Shown here piece by piece: positions 38,926-50,848 of a stretch of DNA of 64,000 nt (its first letter is position 1; each line of letters opens with the position of its first letter). Source of the stretch: Myxococcota bacterium (lineage in GTDB: Bacteria > Myxococcota_A > UBA9160 > SZUA-336); NCBI GenBank assembly GCA_046754285.1, contig JBHHVJ010000005.1, forward strand, positions 26,330-90,329, read 5' to 3'. Position numbers and translations under genes: made by a program. The notes under the pieces were generated by a model. The model saw only the letters and a list, made by a program, of their open reading frames with translations, was not told the origin of the DNA and searched no databases.

Positions 38926-40332
38926 TCAGCTCTGGATGACGAGCTTCGAGAGGGACGTGCGGCGCAGATTCGTCTTCTGAATGGTGCGAACCAGCTCCGT
39001 CACCTTCTCGGTGTCGGTCTCGAAGGGGTTGTTGCAGATCACGCGCACATTGAGCAGGTTTCCGAGCCGGATGTTCGACCAGTCCAGGTCGTACTGGATG
39101 TTGTTCTGCCGGGCCAGCTTGATGAAGTCTCCTCGCATTCGCGCACGCGTATCCTGGGGCGGCTCCGTCTTGGCCTTCTCGATCTCGGCGTCGCTGAAGA
39201 CGCGGTCCACTCGATCCGATCGCTCCAGAAGATAGAAGAATCCCCGATCGGTACGGATGTCGTGGTACTGGAGGTCGATCATGAAGATCCTCGGATCGTG
39301 CCACGCGATCTGCCGTCGGCTGGCGTACTCACGGATCAGCTTGCGCTTGATCACCCAATCGATCTTGCGGTCGAGCCGCTCCGGATCGTCTTCGAGGCAG
39401 TCGAGGATGTGCTCCCACTCCTCGATGCCCTGGCGAAGCTGGGCGCTGACGGGGTACTGCTCCATGTAGCGTCGCGCCATCTCGCAGTAGTCACGCTGGA
39501 TCTCGATTGGCGAGTACTCGCGTCCGCTCTCGAGGCGCAGCTTCTTCTTGCACGTCGTATCGTACGAGATGTCCTTGATGGCCTTCACGGGATGTCGGAG
39601 CGTGAAGTCCTTGTTGATGAAGTTGTCCTCGATCATCTGAAGGACGATCGCGCACGTCGCGATCTTGACGAAGTTCGTGTACTCCGACATGTTGGAGTCG
39701 CCGACGATCACGTGCAGTCGCCGATACTTCTCACGATCCGCGTGCGGCTCGTCGCGCGTATTGATGATCGACCGGTCGTTGGTCGTCGTCCCCGAGATCT
39801 TCTGATAGATGTGCTGGGCGCGCTGGCTGATGCAGTAGTGAACGCCGTCCTGGGTCTGGAAGACCTTTCCGGCGCCCGTGAAGATCTGCCGCGTGACGAG
39901 GAACGGGATCAGCTGCTCCGCGAGATAGTAGAAGTCCACGTCGCGATCGACGAGGTAGTTCTCGTGACAGCCGTAGGAGTTGCCAACGAAGTCGGTGTTG
40001 TTCTTGAAGATCGAGAGCTTTCCAGCCACGCGCTCTTCTCGAATCTTCTCTTCGGCATAGAGCTGGAGGTCCTCCAGGATCCGCTCCCCCGCGCGATCGA
40101 AGATCACGAGGTCCCGCGGGCTCGCGCACTCCGGGGTCGCATACTCCGGGTGGCAGCCGGTGTCCTGGTAGAAGCGTGCGCCGTTCTCGAGGAATACGTT
40201 CAGGAAGTGCTCGGTGGTGATCAGCTTCTCGAACAGGAACCGAATCGCCTTCTCCACAGGGAGGGTCTTGCGCCCCTCCGGAGTGAAGATAATGCCGTAC
40301 TCGGTCTCCAGGCCGTAGATCCGCTTCTGCAC
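38926..40332 (-). CDS. pafA: Pup--protein ligase PafA
   Basis: MQKRIYGLETEYGI..., the carboxylate-amine-ligase fold shared with Dop, and IINTRDEPHAD...YRRLHVIVGDSNM. It is the shorter of the two paralogues and sits downstream of prcA, as in actinobacteria. Confidence 0.85.
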   Translation of the reverse strand: MQKRIYGLETEYGIIFTPEGRKTLPVEKAIRFLFEKLITTEHFLNVFLENGARFYQDTGCHPEYATPECASPRDLVIFDRAGERILEDLQLYAEEKIREERVAGKLSIFKNNTDFVGNSYGCHENYLVDRDVDFYYLAEQLIPFLVTRQIFTGAGKVFQTQDGVHYCISQRAQHIYQKISGTTTNDRSIINTRDEPHADREKYRRLHVIVGDSNMSEYTNFVKIATCAIVLQMIEDNFINKDFTLRHPVKAIKDISYDTTCKKKLRLESGREYSPIEIQRDYCEMARRYMEQYPVSAQLRQGIEEWEHILDCLEDDPERLDRKIDWVIKRKLIREYASRRQIAWHDPRIFMIDLQYHDIRTDRGFFYLLERSDRVDRVFSDAEIEKAKTEPPQDTRARMRGDFIKLARQNNIQYDLDWSNIRLGNLLNVRVICNNPFETDTEKVTELVRTIQKTNLRRTSLSKLVIQS

Positions 40333-40336
40333 GATG

Positions 40337-41020
40337 CTATCCGCTCAGCAGCTCCCGGATCTCGTCCGTTCCGAGCTTGCGGAACTTCCGACCTTCACGG
40401 GCGCGCTCAAGCACCGCCACCTCGAGGCTCTGCTCGTTCAGCTCGCCCACACCGCCGTTGGCGGCCAGCAGAGACTTGCGGCTGAGCTTGACCGCTTCAT
40501 CGAGCTTCATCTCCTCGCTCCAGCTTTCGCGCAGCACGCCGCAGATCTTGTCCGCGTCCCCACCGATCGAGGCATAGCGCTCGTGATCGTTCACGCTCCC
40601 ATCGTACAGAATCTGGTAGAGCGCGTTCTGGGTCTCCCCCACCTCGGCGACGAGCAGCTCCACCTCGAAGGGCTTCATTTCCCGCGTGAAGATGCTTCCC
40701 AGAACCGTGGAGTACTCGTTCGCCAGGCTCTTGGCCATGACGTCGTCGCGGCAGTACGAGTACCCGCGCAGGTCGGCGTAGCGGATCCCAGCCTTGCGCA
40801 GGTTCTCGTACTCATCGAACTTCCCGACGGCCGCAAAGGCGATGCGATCGTAAATCTCGGAGATCTTGCGCAGGCTCGCACTGCGGTTCTCACCCATCAG
40901 CATGATGCCACCGGCGTACTCCAGGGCTACGATCGGCTTGCCGCGAGCGATCCCCTTGCGGGCGTACTCGGCCTTGTCCTGATACCACTGCTCCGGCGAG
41001 ACATAGAGCGGTGCGGTCAT
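40337..41020 (-). CDS. prcA: 20S proteasome alpha subunit
   Basis: YVSPEQWYQDKAEYARKGIARGKPIVALEY. No propeptide or Thr1. Overlaps prcB by 4 nt. Confidence 0.88.
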   Translation of the reverse strand: MTAPLYVSPEQWYQDKAEYARKGIARGKPIVALEYAGGIMLMGENRSASLRKISEIYDRIAFAAVGKFDEYENLRKAGIRYADLRGYSYCRDDVMAKSLANEYSTVLGSIFTREMKPFEVELLVAEVGETQNALYQILYDGSVNDHERYASIGGDADKICGVLRESWSEEMKLDEAVKLSRKSLLAANGGVGELNEQSLEVAVLERAREGRKFRKLGTDEIRELLSG

Positions 41021-41808
41021 GTTCCTCCACCTGTCGACCCGCGCTCGGTGACGCGTTCATAGGCCTGAAGCAGCTCCCGATCGGAGACCTCATCAACGCC
41101 GGTTCGCGTGATCAGCAGAAAGGTCGGATAGATCTCGCGTCGGACGTCGAACCCCCCGGTTCCGCGGTCCTCATCCGCCGCATCCACCAGCGCCTCGACC
41201 CCCGCTTCGATGGCCATGTTGCGGGTGAGGCCCGACGCACGCCAGGACTTCTTCAGGCTGGAACGCGCGTCCTTGCCCCCCGAACCCGTGGCGTAGTAGT
41301 CGGTCTCGGCGTAGCGACCTCCGGTCACGTCGAACTTGTAGATCCTCCCCCGGCCCTTCTGGAGATCGTAACCGGCAAAGAGCGGCATGACGACCAGTCC
41401 CTGCATGGCCGCGGGAAGATTCTGCCGAATAAGGAACGATAGCCGATTCGCCTTCCCCTCGAAGGTGAGCGCCTGCCCCTCGAGCTTCTCGTAGTGCTCG
41501 AGCTCGAGCCGAAACATGTGGGTCATCTCGATCGCCGGCCCCGCCGCACCCGCGATGGCGATCGCGCAGCTCTCATCGATCTTGTAGACCTTCTCGATGT
41601 CACGCGTCGCCACCTGATAGCCTTCGGTCGCCAGACGGTCGCCCGCCATGAGCACGCCATCCTCGTAGACCAGCGCCAGGACCGTGGTGCCGTGCGGCAT
41701 CTGGATCACCGACCAGTCAATCTTGCGGAAGTCGGGGACCAGGCCGGAACAATCCGACTGCAGATACTCGAAGAAGCTCGACCCCTGATAGGACTGGCCT
41801 GGAAACAC
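41017..41808 (-). CDS. prcB: 20S proteasome beta subunit (with propeptide)
   Basis: Propeptide followed by HG|TTVLALVYEDGVLMAGDR, with the catalytic Thr1 context. Confidence 0.9.
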   Translation of the reverse strand: MFPGQSYQGSSFFEYLQSDCSGLVPDFRKIDWSVIQMPHGTTVLALVYEDGVLMAGDRLATEGYQVATRDIEKVYKIDESCAIAIAGAAGPAIEMTHMFRLELEHYEKLEGQALTFEGKANRLSFLIRQNLPAAMQGLVVMPLFAGYDLQKGRGRIYKFDVTGGRYAETDYYATGSGGKDARSSLKKSWRASGLTRNMAIEAGVEALVDAADEDRGTGGFDVRREIYPTFLLITRTGVDEVSDRELLQAYERVTERGSTGGGT

Positions 41809-41811
41809 GCT

Positions 41812-42066
41812 CTACTCGCCTCCCCTCTGGACGTAGTTCTTCACGAACTCTTCGGCGTTCTCTTCGAGCACCTCGTCGATCTCGTCGATGAGGGAATCCA
41901 TCTCCTCCTTCAGCTCCTCACCGCGCTTGGCCATCTTCTTCTGCCCCGAGGAGTCGTCGGTCTTCCCGTCGCCCCCGGCACCGTCGTCACTCTTCTTCTT
42001 CTGTGTCTGATCCGCGGCGCCCCAGATCGGCGTCAACGTCTCGTCTGCGTGTCGATAGGTCTTCAT
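41812..42066 (-). CDS. pup: prokaryotic ubiquitin-like protein Pup (ends GGE)
   Basis: The C-terminal half EEMDSLIDEIDEVLEENAEEFVKNYVQRGGE is near-collinear with M. tuberculosis Pup (...DDLLDEIDDVLEENAEDFVRAYVQKGGQ). GAGGAGAGG lies upstream of the ATG. Confidence 0.9.
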   Translation of the reverse strand: MKTYRHADETLTPIWGAADQTQKKKSDDGAGGDGKTDDSSGQKKMAKRGEELKEEMDSLIDEIDEVLEENAEEFVKNYVQRGGE

Positions 42067-42076
42067 GGTCCTCTCC

Positions 42077-43561
42077 TCAAGCCGTCAAGTTGCGAACCAG
42101 ATCCTCCACGGTCGGGCTCGCATCGAGGAGTTCCTCCACGTGCGCCTTCGTCCCCTTGAGTGGCTCGTTCATCAGGATTCGCTTGATCGGATCGTCTCCC
42201 ATGTTAAACGAGATCGAGTCCCAGTTCACTCCGAAGATCGCATCCGAGAATCTTCGGATGCACTCCCCACGAAAATAGGCGCGCGTGTCCGTCGGGGGCT
42301 GCCGGATCGCGCGTTGGATCGCGTCGTCCTCGACGATCCGCTCCACCCCACCGCGGCGCTCGAGCAGAAAGTAGAGCCCCTTCTCGGGACGGATGTCGTG
42401 GTACTGCAGATCGAGCATCTGCACCTGCGGGTGCTTCCAGTCGAGGTTCCTCTTGTGGATGTACTCCTGGATGATCTTCCGTTTGATGACCCAGTCGACC
42501 TCACGGTCGAGCTGCATGGGATCCTCGGCGAGTCGCTCCAGGACCGACTCCCAACGGACCAGGACATCCTTGGTGATGGGATCGATCTCGCGGGAGCTGA
42601 AGTACGTCAGCGCGGCCTCCAGGAACTCCTGCTGGATCTGGATCGCGCTGCGGCGCCCGCCGCGCTCCATCACGTACTCGCGTCGACAATCCGGATCGTG
42701 TGAGATCTCCTTGATGACCCGCACGGGATCCGTGATCGCGAGGCTCCGGTTCAGAGCCCCGTCCTCGATCATCGCGAGCACGATGGACGTGACGCCCACC
42801 CGCAGATAGGTCGAGACCTCGCAGAGATTCGAATCGCCCACGATCACGTGGAGACGTCGATACTTCTCGCGGTCCGCATGCGGCTCATCGCGCGTATTGA
42901 TGATGGGCCGCTTGACCATCGTGTCGAGGGCCACCTCGGTCTCGAAGAAGTCCGCACGCTGGCTGATCTGGTAGTCGCAGGGGGAGGCACGGTTCTCGCT
43001 TCCGACCTTTCCCGATCCACAGAAGATCTGCCGCGTGACCAGAAACGGCGTCATGTACTCCACGATCTCCTTGAACGGGGTTCGGCGCTCGATCAGGTAG
43101 TTCTCGTGATTCCCGTAGGAGTTCCCCTTGCGGTCACTGTTGTTCTTGTAGATCAGCAGCACGTTCCCCGGGGGCAGGAGTGCACAGGCGGCCCGACGAG
43201 CGATCTCCAGCGTGCGTTCGCCCGCACGCTCGTAGGCGATCAGGTCGCAGACGTTCGTGATCTCGGGTGTCGAGTACTCAGGGTGGGCGTGGTCCACGTA
43301 GAAACGTGCCCCGTTGGCGAGCGTCTTGTTCCGCGCGATGTTCTCCTGCTGGTTCGGCGTGTACTTCTCCCCTTCGACGTTGAACCCGCGCGCGTCAGCG
43401 AGCGGATTCTCCTGGTCGTAGTCCCACAGGATCTGTGCCTCGCAGTTCTCCTCGTAGGCGTTCACCAGAAGGACGCAGCTCGATATCGGATCGAAGTCAC
43501 GATCGTTCTGGACCGTGATTCCGTACTCGATCTCGGACCCGATGACCTTGGGGAGAGGCAT
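42077..43561 (-). CDS. dop: depupylase/deamidase Dop
   Basis: PafA paralogue (VIGSEIEYGI..., IINTRDEPHAD...YRRLHVIVGDSNL). It is 26 aa longer than the pafA product and lies between arc and pup, as in actinobacteria. Confidence 0.8.
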   Translation of the reverse strand: MPLPKVIGSEIEYGITVQNDRDFDPISSCVLLVNAYEENCEAQILWDYDQENPLADARGFNVEGEKYTPNQQENIARNKTLANGARFYVDHAHPEYSTPEITNVCDLIAYERAGERTLEIARRAACALLPPGNVLLIYKNNSDRKGNSYGNHENYLIERRTPFKEIVEYMTPFLVTRQIFCGSGKVGSENRASPCDYQISQRADFFETEVALDTMVKRPIINTRDEPHADREKYRRLHVIVGDSNLCEVSTYLRVGVTSIVLAMIEDGALNRSLAITDPVRVIKEISHDPDCRREYVMERGGRRSAIQIQQEFLEAALTYFSSREIDPITKDVLVRWESVLERLAEDPMQLDREVDWVIKRKIIQEYIHKRNLDWKHPQVQMLDLQYHDIRPEKGLYFLLERRGGVERIVEDDAIQRAIRQPPTDTRAYFRGECIRRFSDAIFGVNWDSISFNMGDDPIKRILMNEPLKGTKAHVEELLDASPTVEDLVRNLTA

Positions 43562-43609
43562 GTCTTGGTCTCGGCTTCCTCCGCGGTTTGAGCAGCTCCA
43601 GGCACAGGC

Positions 43610-45433
43610 CTAGAGGTACTGACCCGATCCCCCCACCGTCTCGATCGAGCGTTCAGTACGGCTGATGCCACTGATGAGCGTGCGCACGTTGATGATGCGC
43701 TCTCCCTTGCGACCGGAGATTCGCGCCCAGTCATCGGGGTTGGTCGTGTTGGGCAGATCCTCGTTCTCCTTGAATTCCTCCCGTACCGCGTCCAGCAGAT
43801 CGTCGGTCTTGATCCCCGTCTCACCGTGCTCGATCGAGCGCTTCACACCCTTCTTCTTGGCGCGATCGACGATGTTGCGGATCATGGCCCCGCTGGCGAA
43901 GTCCTTGAAGAAGAAAATCTCGCGCTCGCCCTTCGCGTAGGTGACCTCCAGGAACTTGTTCTCCTCGGTCTCCGCGTACATGTTCTCGATGACCGCGTCC
44001 ACCATACCGCGCACGATCTTCTGAGGCTCGTCCCCGTACCGCGCTCGTGCCTCTGCGTGGTACGGAAGACCGGTCTTGAGATACTTGATGAAGATCTCCC
44101 GCGCCCCCTTCGCATCGGGTCGGTTCACCTTGACCTTCAGGTCCAGTCGGCCGGGCCGCAGCACGGCGGGATCGATCAGGTCCTGCCGGTTCGAGGCGCC
44201 GATCACGATCACGTTCCGAAGCGACTCGACGCCGTCGATCTCCGAGAGGAACTGGGCCACCACCGTGGCCTCCATGTCCGAGGAGATTCCCGACCCACGC
44301 ATGCGGAAGAGCGAGTCCATTTCGTCGAAGAAGATCACGACGGGAACGTCCTCCTCGGCCTTCTCGCGTGCGTTCTTGAAGACTTCGCGGATCTTGTGCT
44401 CGGTCTCGCCCACGTACTTGTTCAGCAGCTCCGGACCTTTGACGTTCAGGAAGTAGCTCTTGGCTTCTCCCCCACGGACCTCCGCGATCCGCTGCGCGAG
44501 GCTGTTCGCAACCGCCTTTCCGATCATCGTCTTTCCGCAGCCCGGGGGACCGTAGAGAAGGATGCCCTTGGGCGGCGCCAGGTCGTACTTCCGGAACTCG
44601 TCGGCGTGCAGGTACGGTAGCTCGATCGCATCGCGCAGCACCTCGATCTGATCGCCGAGGCCGCCGATGTCCTCATAATTGACGTTCGGCACCTCTTCCA
44701 GCACCACCTGGTCCACCGTGGACTTGGGCAGCTTCTCGACGCCGAAGCCCGTGCGCGGGCTGACCAGGAGGTTGTCCCCGGCCTTCAGACGCTCTCGCCG
44801 CATCGGCTGGCTCAACGTCACGACGCGCTCTTCGTCGGCGCGGCCGAGCACGATCACGCGTCCATCGTCGAGCACCTCCGAGACCTGCGCCACCTCGCCG
44901 CGCGGCTCGAAGCCGCAGGCGTCGACCACGTTGAAGGCCTCGTTCAGGACCAGGAGCTGGCCCTCCATGAGATCCTCGATGCGGACGCTGGGGTGCACGT
45001 TGACCCGCATCATCTTGCCATCGACGTTGATCTCGATCGTTCCGTCCTTGTTCGCGCGCTCAAACGTCCCGTAGGTGTTCGGCGGCGCACAGAGCTTGTC
45101 CACTTCCTCCTTGAGCATGTCGATCTGCTGCTTCGCATCCTGGAGAGTGTTGACGAGCTTCTCGTTCTGCCGCTCGGCGTCGTAGATCTGCTGCCGAGCG
45201 CGCTCGTGCCTCTGTCGCAGGAGCTCGTACTCCATGAGCAGACGCTCGACCCGGCGCACGAGATCCCCCGCGTCCGGCCCCAGGAAGTGCAGCGCGTCCC
45301 TCAAGCTCTCCAGATCATCGAGATCCCGCGCACCCTCCGGCCGCGGCTCGTCGCGTGTGCCCGGGGACGAGATGCGCTTCATCACGTCCCGCACGAAACC
45401 TCGTCGCCCAGATCCTGATCCCGACTCGCTCAT
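43610..45433 (-). CDS. arc: proteasome-associated AAA ATPase ARC/Mpa
   Basis: N-terminal coiled coil, OB-like region, AAA module (GPPGCGKTMIGKAVA, VVIFFDEMD) and C-terminal ...GSGQYL docking motif. Confidence 0.92.
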   Translation of the reverse strand: MSESGSGSGRRGFVRDVMKRISSPGTRDEPRPEGARDLDDLESLRDALHFLGPDAGDLVRRVERLLMEYELLRQRHERARQQIYDAERQNEKLVNTLQDAKQQIDMLKEEVDKLCAPPNTYGTFERANKDGTIEINVDGKMMRVNVHPSVRIEDLMEGQLLVLNEAFNVVDACGFEPRGEVAQVSEVLDDGRVIVLGRADEERVVTLSQPMRRERLKAGDNLLVSPRTGFGVEKLPKSTVDQVVLEEVPNVNYEDIGGLGDQIEVLRDAIELPYLHADEFRKYDLAPPKGILLYGPPGCGKTMIGKAVANSLAQRIAEVRGGEAKSYFLNVKGPELLNKYVGETEHKIREVFKNAREKAEEDVPVVIFFDEMDSLFRMRGSGISSDMEATVVAQFLSEIDGVESLRNVIVIGASNRQDLIDPAVLRPGRLDLKVKVNRPDAKGAREIFIKYLKTGLPYHAEARARYGDEPQKIVRGMVDAVIENMYAETEENKFLEVTYAKGEREIFFFKDFASGAMIRNIVDRAKKKGVKRSIEHGETGIKTDDLLDAVREEFKENEDLPNTTNPDDWARISGRKGERIINVRTLISGISRTERSIETVGGSGQYL

Positions 45434-45824
45434 CTACCGTTCTCGCCTCCGGCCGCTTGCGTCGGCTGCTGCCGGCGAAAGCCGTCGTGGAGTCCCGACA
45501 CCTTCCGCCACAGCCAGTGTTGTTGTGCAATCGACATACCAATGCCCAAGAGCGGGGGGAGACGATGGGGAGACACACACGCAACCCCGCGGCCGCGACC
45601 CTCGCGGCCCGGCAGGTCGGCTGCCTCTCCGCACGCTATCCACTCGAAAAGTGTAGGAAAAAAATCGTCTGGCCGGGGAGGCGACCGGCGCGGCCCCGGG
45701 GGCCGGCGGCTGGAGACCTCCGGCGGGGCGCCACGCTGGGGGACGACGAGACCCAACCGGGCTCCCAGCCCGCCGCGAAATACCGAGAAACACGTGAAAA
45801 AACGCCCAGTTACAACGCCCAGCG

Positions 45825-45852
45825 AATCTAACATAGGCCCCGGCACTGTCAA
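45825..45852 (-). promoter_or_regulatory. candidate sigma70-type promoter within the long arc leader
   Basis: On the minus strand: TTGACA (45852-45847), a 16-nt spacer, then TAGATT (45830-45825). This would give a ~385-nt untranslated leader or a separate small transcript. Confidence 0.35.
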
Positions 45853-46005
45853 CCGCGCAGGGGGCGGGCGGACGCGGAATCCCCTTGAAATCCCGGTAGA
45901 TTGGCGCTCCGAGGCGCGGCCGCGCGAGGTCCCCCTGCGCGCGGATCTTCGCGCTTCGTGACGTCGGAAGCTTGACGGCGTGCGTCGGCACCTTGCCACT
46001 CCAAG

Positions 46006-46651
46006 TCAGCGCAGATCGATCACTTCGGTGTCCTTGGGCACCGAGATTGTGAACTTCTCTTCCGCGACCCCCGTGTTCTCCCGCAGCGCCTGGAAGCGGA
46101 TTCGGGTGCGGTTTCCGAAGAGATCCACGACCAGGGACTCGCGCAGCGCGTAGGTCTCGGGGTCCACCCAGATCTCCAACGACGCAAAGCCCGCCTCCGA
46201 GCGCGGCGTGAGCTCGAGCCCGAGGGCGTCGGGGCGGGACTCGTGCGCGGGCTTCGCCTCGAAGAGCGTTTGCAGCCGCGCGCCGCCGAGCAGGAACTGC
46301 AGAGCCGTGGGCGAGATCGCATCGGGGGTCAGGGACGCGATCTGGAGCTGCCGATCCTCGGGGCTGTAGATGCGCAGCGTCTTGCCGTCCATCACGATCA
46401 CGCGCCGCTCGGGCGCCGTGTACTCCCAGCGCATGCGTCCGGGGCGCAGCACGGTGACCGTGCCACGCGTCCGCTCTTCCTTGCCCAGCGACGCCACGAG
46501 GCTGTCCTGGACGAACGCCGCCTGGAGATCGGTGACGCCTTCGTAGTGGCGCTCCACGGCTTCCAGAACATCGCGAGCCGCATCGCCATCGGCTCCGGCG
46601 AGCAGCAGCAGCGTGAGCGCGGCTCCGACCAGGCTTCGACGGCTCCGTCGC

Positions 46652-46665
<14 letters not shown>
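46006..46665 (-). CDS. lolA: outer-membrane lipoprotein carrier protein LolA
   Basis: Signal peptide, then FVQDSLVASLGKEERTRGTVTVLRPGRMRWEYTAPERRVIVMDGKTLRIYSPEDRQ, the LolA beta-barrel pattern. Confidence 0.8.
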
Positions 46666-48932
<2,267 letters not shown>

Positions 48933-48940
<8 letters not shown>

Positions 48941-49793
48941 GGAGCAGGGCCCCTCCTCCCACGGTCGCGCAGTAGAGCGCGAAGGGAATCAGTCGCCGTC
49001 GGACCACGACCCAACGCAGGGCGGTCAGGGAGAGCGTCCCCGTCACGAAGGCCGCCACGAAGCCGACCGCGAGCGGCACGATCTCTCCACGGACTCCCGA
49101 GGCTCCCGCCCGTGTGATCTCCAGCAGGTTCGCCCCGAGCACCGCAGGAACCGAGAGCAGGATCGAGAACTCGACGGCCACCTCGGGACGCGCCCCCCGC
49201 CACAGGGCCGCCGCCACCGTGGAGCCCGAGCGCGAGATGCCCGGCAGAACGCCGATGCCCTGGGCCACGCCGATCGAGAGGGCATCGGCGACGCCGAGCT
49301 CCCCAGGGCCACGCTCACGACGGCCAAAGCGTTCCGCCGCCAGGAGGATGCCCCCCGTCGCCAGCAGGGCGACCCCAACACGGGAGGGCTGCTCGTGCAT
49401 TCGCTCGACCGCGCCGCGCAGCGAGAGACCGATCAGCGCCGTGGGAACGCTCGCGAGCGCGATGAGAAGCAGCCAGCGGCGCGCCAGGGCCCGCTCAGGC
49501 GCGAGCGGCCGCCGCGTCCCGAGGCTCGGGAGTGCCCTCAGCAGCTCCGCCAGACGTCGGCGCAGCACGAGCGCGATCGCACCCAGGGTCCCGAGGTGGA
49601 CGATGACTTCGAAGAGCAGGCCCGAGCTCTGGGCCTGCGGGAGGCAGGCCCGCGCGAGCGCGAGATGCCCCGACGAGGAGACGGGCAGGAACTCCGTCGC
49701 GCCCTGCAAGACCCCGAGCCCGAGCGCCTGAGACAGTGTCACCCGTCCTCCTGCGAGCCGTATCCGCGGCAGACCCCCCCGCTCGCAGGGCAC
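48933..49793 (-). CDS. uppP: undecaprenyl-diphosphate phosphatase
   Basis: GVLQGATEFLPVSSSGHL and PGISRSGST motifs. An alternative GTG start lies at 49742. Confidence 0.88.
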
Positions 49794-49960
49794 CGTCGGG
49801 ACGCCTTCGGGACGCGGTCAGTGCGAACGGCTGGCTTCCATCAGAGGGGCGTCTCAAGATCGGAAACGAGGAGCGGAAAGGCAAGCCGCGGGGTCCGGAA
49901 GCGTGCTAGTGTTCCGGATCAGTCCCCCGCCCTCCTCCGTGGTCCCGCAAGGAGAACGTC

Positions 49961-50392
49961 ATGGCAGGTTCGAGAGGCCTGAACAAGGTGATGTTGATTG
50001 GAAACCTCGGGCGCGACCCCGAGCTTCGCTACACGCAGAACGGCCAGGCGGTAGCCAACTTCACGCTGGCGACCAACGAGACCTGGACGAACCGGAACGG
50101 CGAGGCGCAGGAGCGCACCGAGTGGCATCGGATCGTCGTGTGGGGAAAGCTCGCGGAGATCGCCAACGAGTATCTCGCGAAGGGCAAGCAGGTCTACGTC
50201 GAGGGACGCCTTCAGACACGCGAGTGGGAGGATCGGGAGGGCAAGAAGCGCTCCACGACCGAGATCACCGCGGAGCGCTTCCTCATGCTCGGGTCGCGCG
50301 GGGACCCGGGCTACCAGACCGGGCCGGCTCCGACGGGCGAGGATCCCGGCGGTCCGCCTCCCGCTCCCGAAGGCGACGACATCCCGTTCTAA
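49961..50392 (+). CDS. ssb: single-stranded DNA-binding protein
   Basis: [19 protein letters not shown]...[14 protein letters not shown]. Gly/Pro-rich linker and C-terminal DDIPF. AAGGAGAA lies upstream. Confidence 0.95.
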   Translation: MAGSRGLNKVMLIGNLGRDPELRYTQNGQAVANFTLATNETWTNRNGEAQERTEWHRIVVWGKLAEIANEYLAKGKQVYVEGRLQTREWEDREGKKRSTTEITAERFLMLGSRGDPGYQTGPAPTGEDPGGPPPAPEGDDIPF

Positions 50393-50493
50393 CGGGTATC
50401 GGCGGGCGGAGCCTCGCCTCGCGGGCTTGGCCTCGCGGGGGGGACGACGAGGTGGAGTGGTCGCGCGCGGCGGGAGCAGGTCTGTGCGCGCGG

Positions 50494-50826
50494 TCAGGCG
50501 CGCAGCTTGCGGACGGCGGCGTTGATCGCGGCGCGAGTCGTGGGATCGAGATCGAGGAACTCGACGCCCATGCCCGAAGGTCGCTCGGCCTTGCCGTCGC
50601 TCACCCACGCCACACGGGCCTCGACCCGAATCGGGCCGTCAATGCCGGGAAAGCTGAACTCGAGCTGGACGAGCTCGTCGAGCTCCGCGGGGGCGTCGGT
50701 CTCGATGAACATTCCACCCTCGTTGATGTTGGAGGCGAACTCCTGGAAGAAGGCATCCACGGTGCCGTAGGCCACGGGAATCCGGGTCGGCTTTCGCGCC
50801 CCCTGGCGGCGTTCGGTTCTCGACAT
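50494..50826 (-). CDS. PilZ domain protein
   Basis: RRQGARKPTRIPV (RxxxR-type N-terminal motif) and NINEGGMFIETD...MGVEF. ATG at 50826 preceded by GGTGGAG. Confidence 0.7.
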   Translation of the reverse strand: MSRTERRQGARKPTRIPVAYGTVDAFFQEFASNINEGGMFIETDAPAELDELVQLEFSFPGIDGPIRVEARVAWVSDGKAERPSGMGVEFLDLDPTTRAAINAAVRKLRA

Positions 50827-50848
50827 GGGCGGCTCCACCTTCGCCTCC

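Noticed and set aside
45820-45846. tmRNA-like 5' sequence on the minus strand (GGGGCCTATGTTAGATTCGCTGGG compared with GGGGCTGATTCTGGATTCGACGGG)
   Set aside because: No tRNA-like T-arm/ACCA 3' end or tag reading frame could be found within 400 nt downstream. The similarity overlaps the -35/-10 spacer of the candidate promoter and is probably fortuitous.
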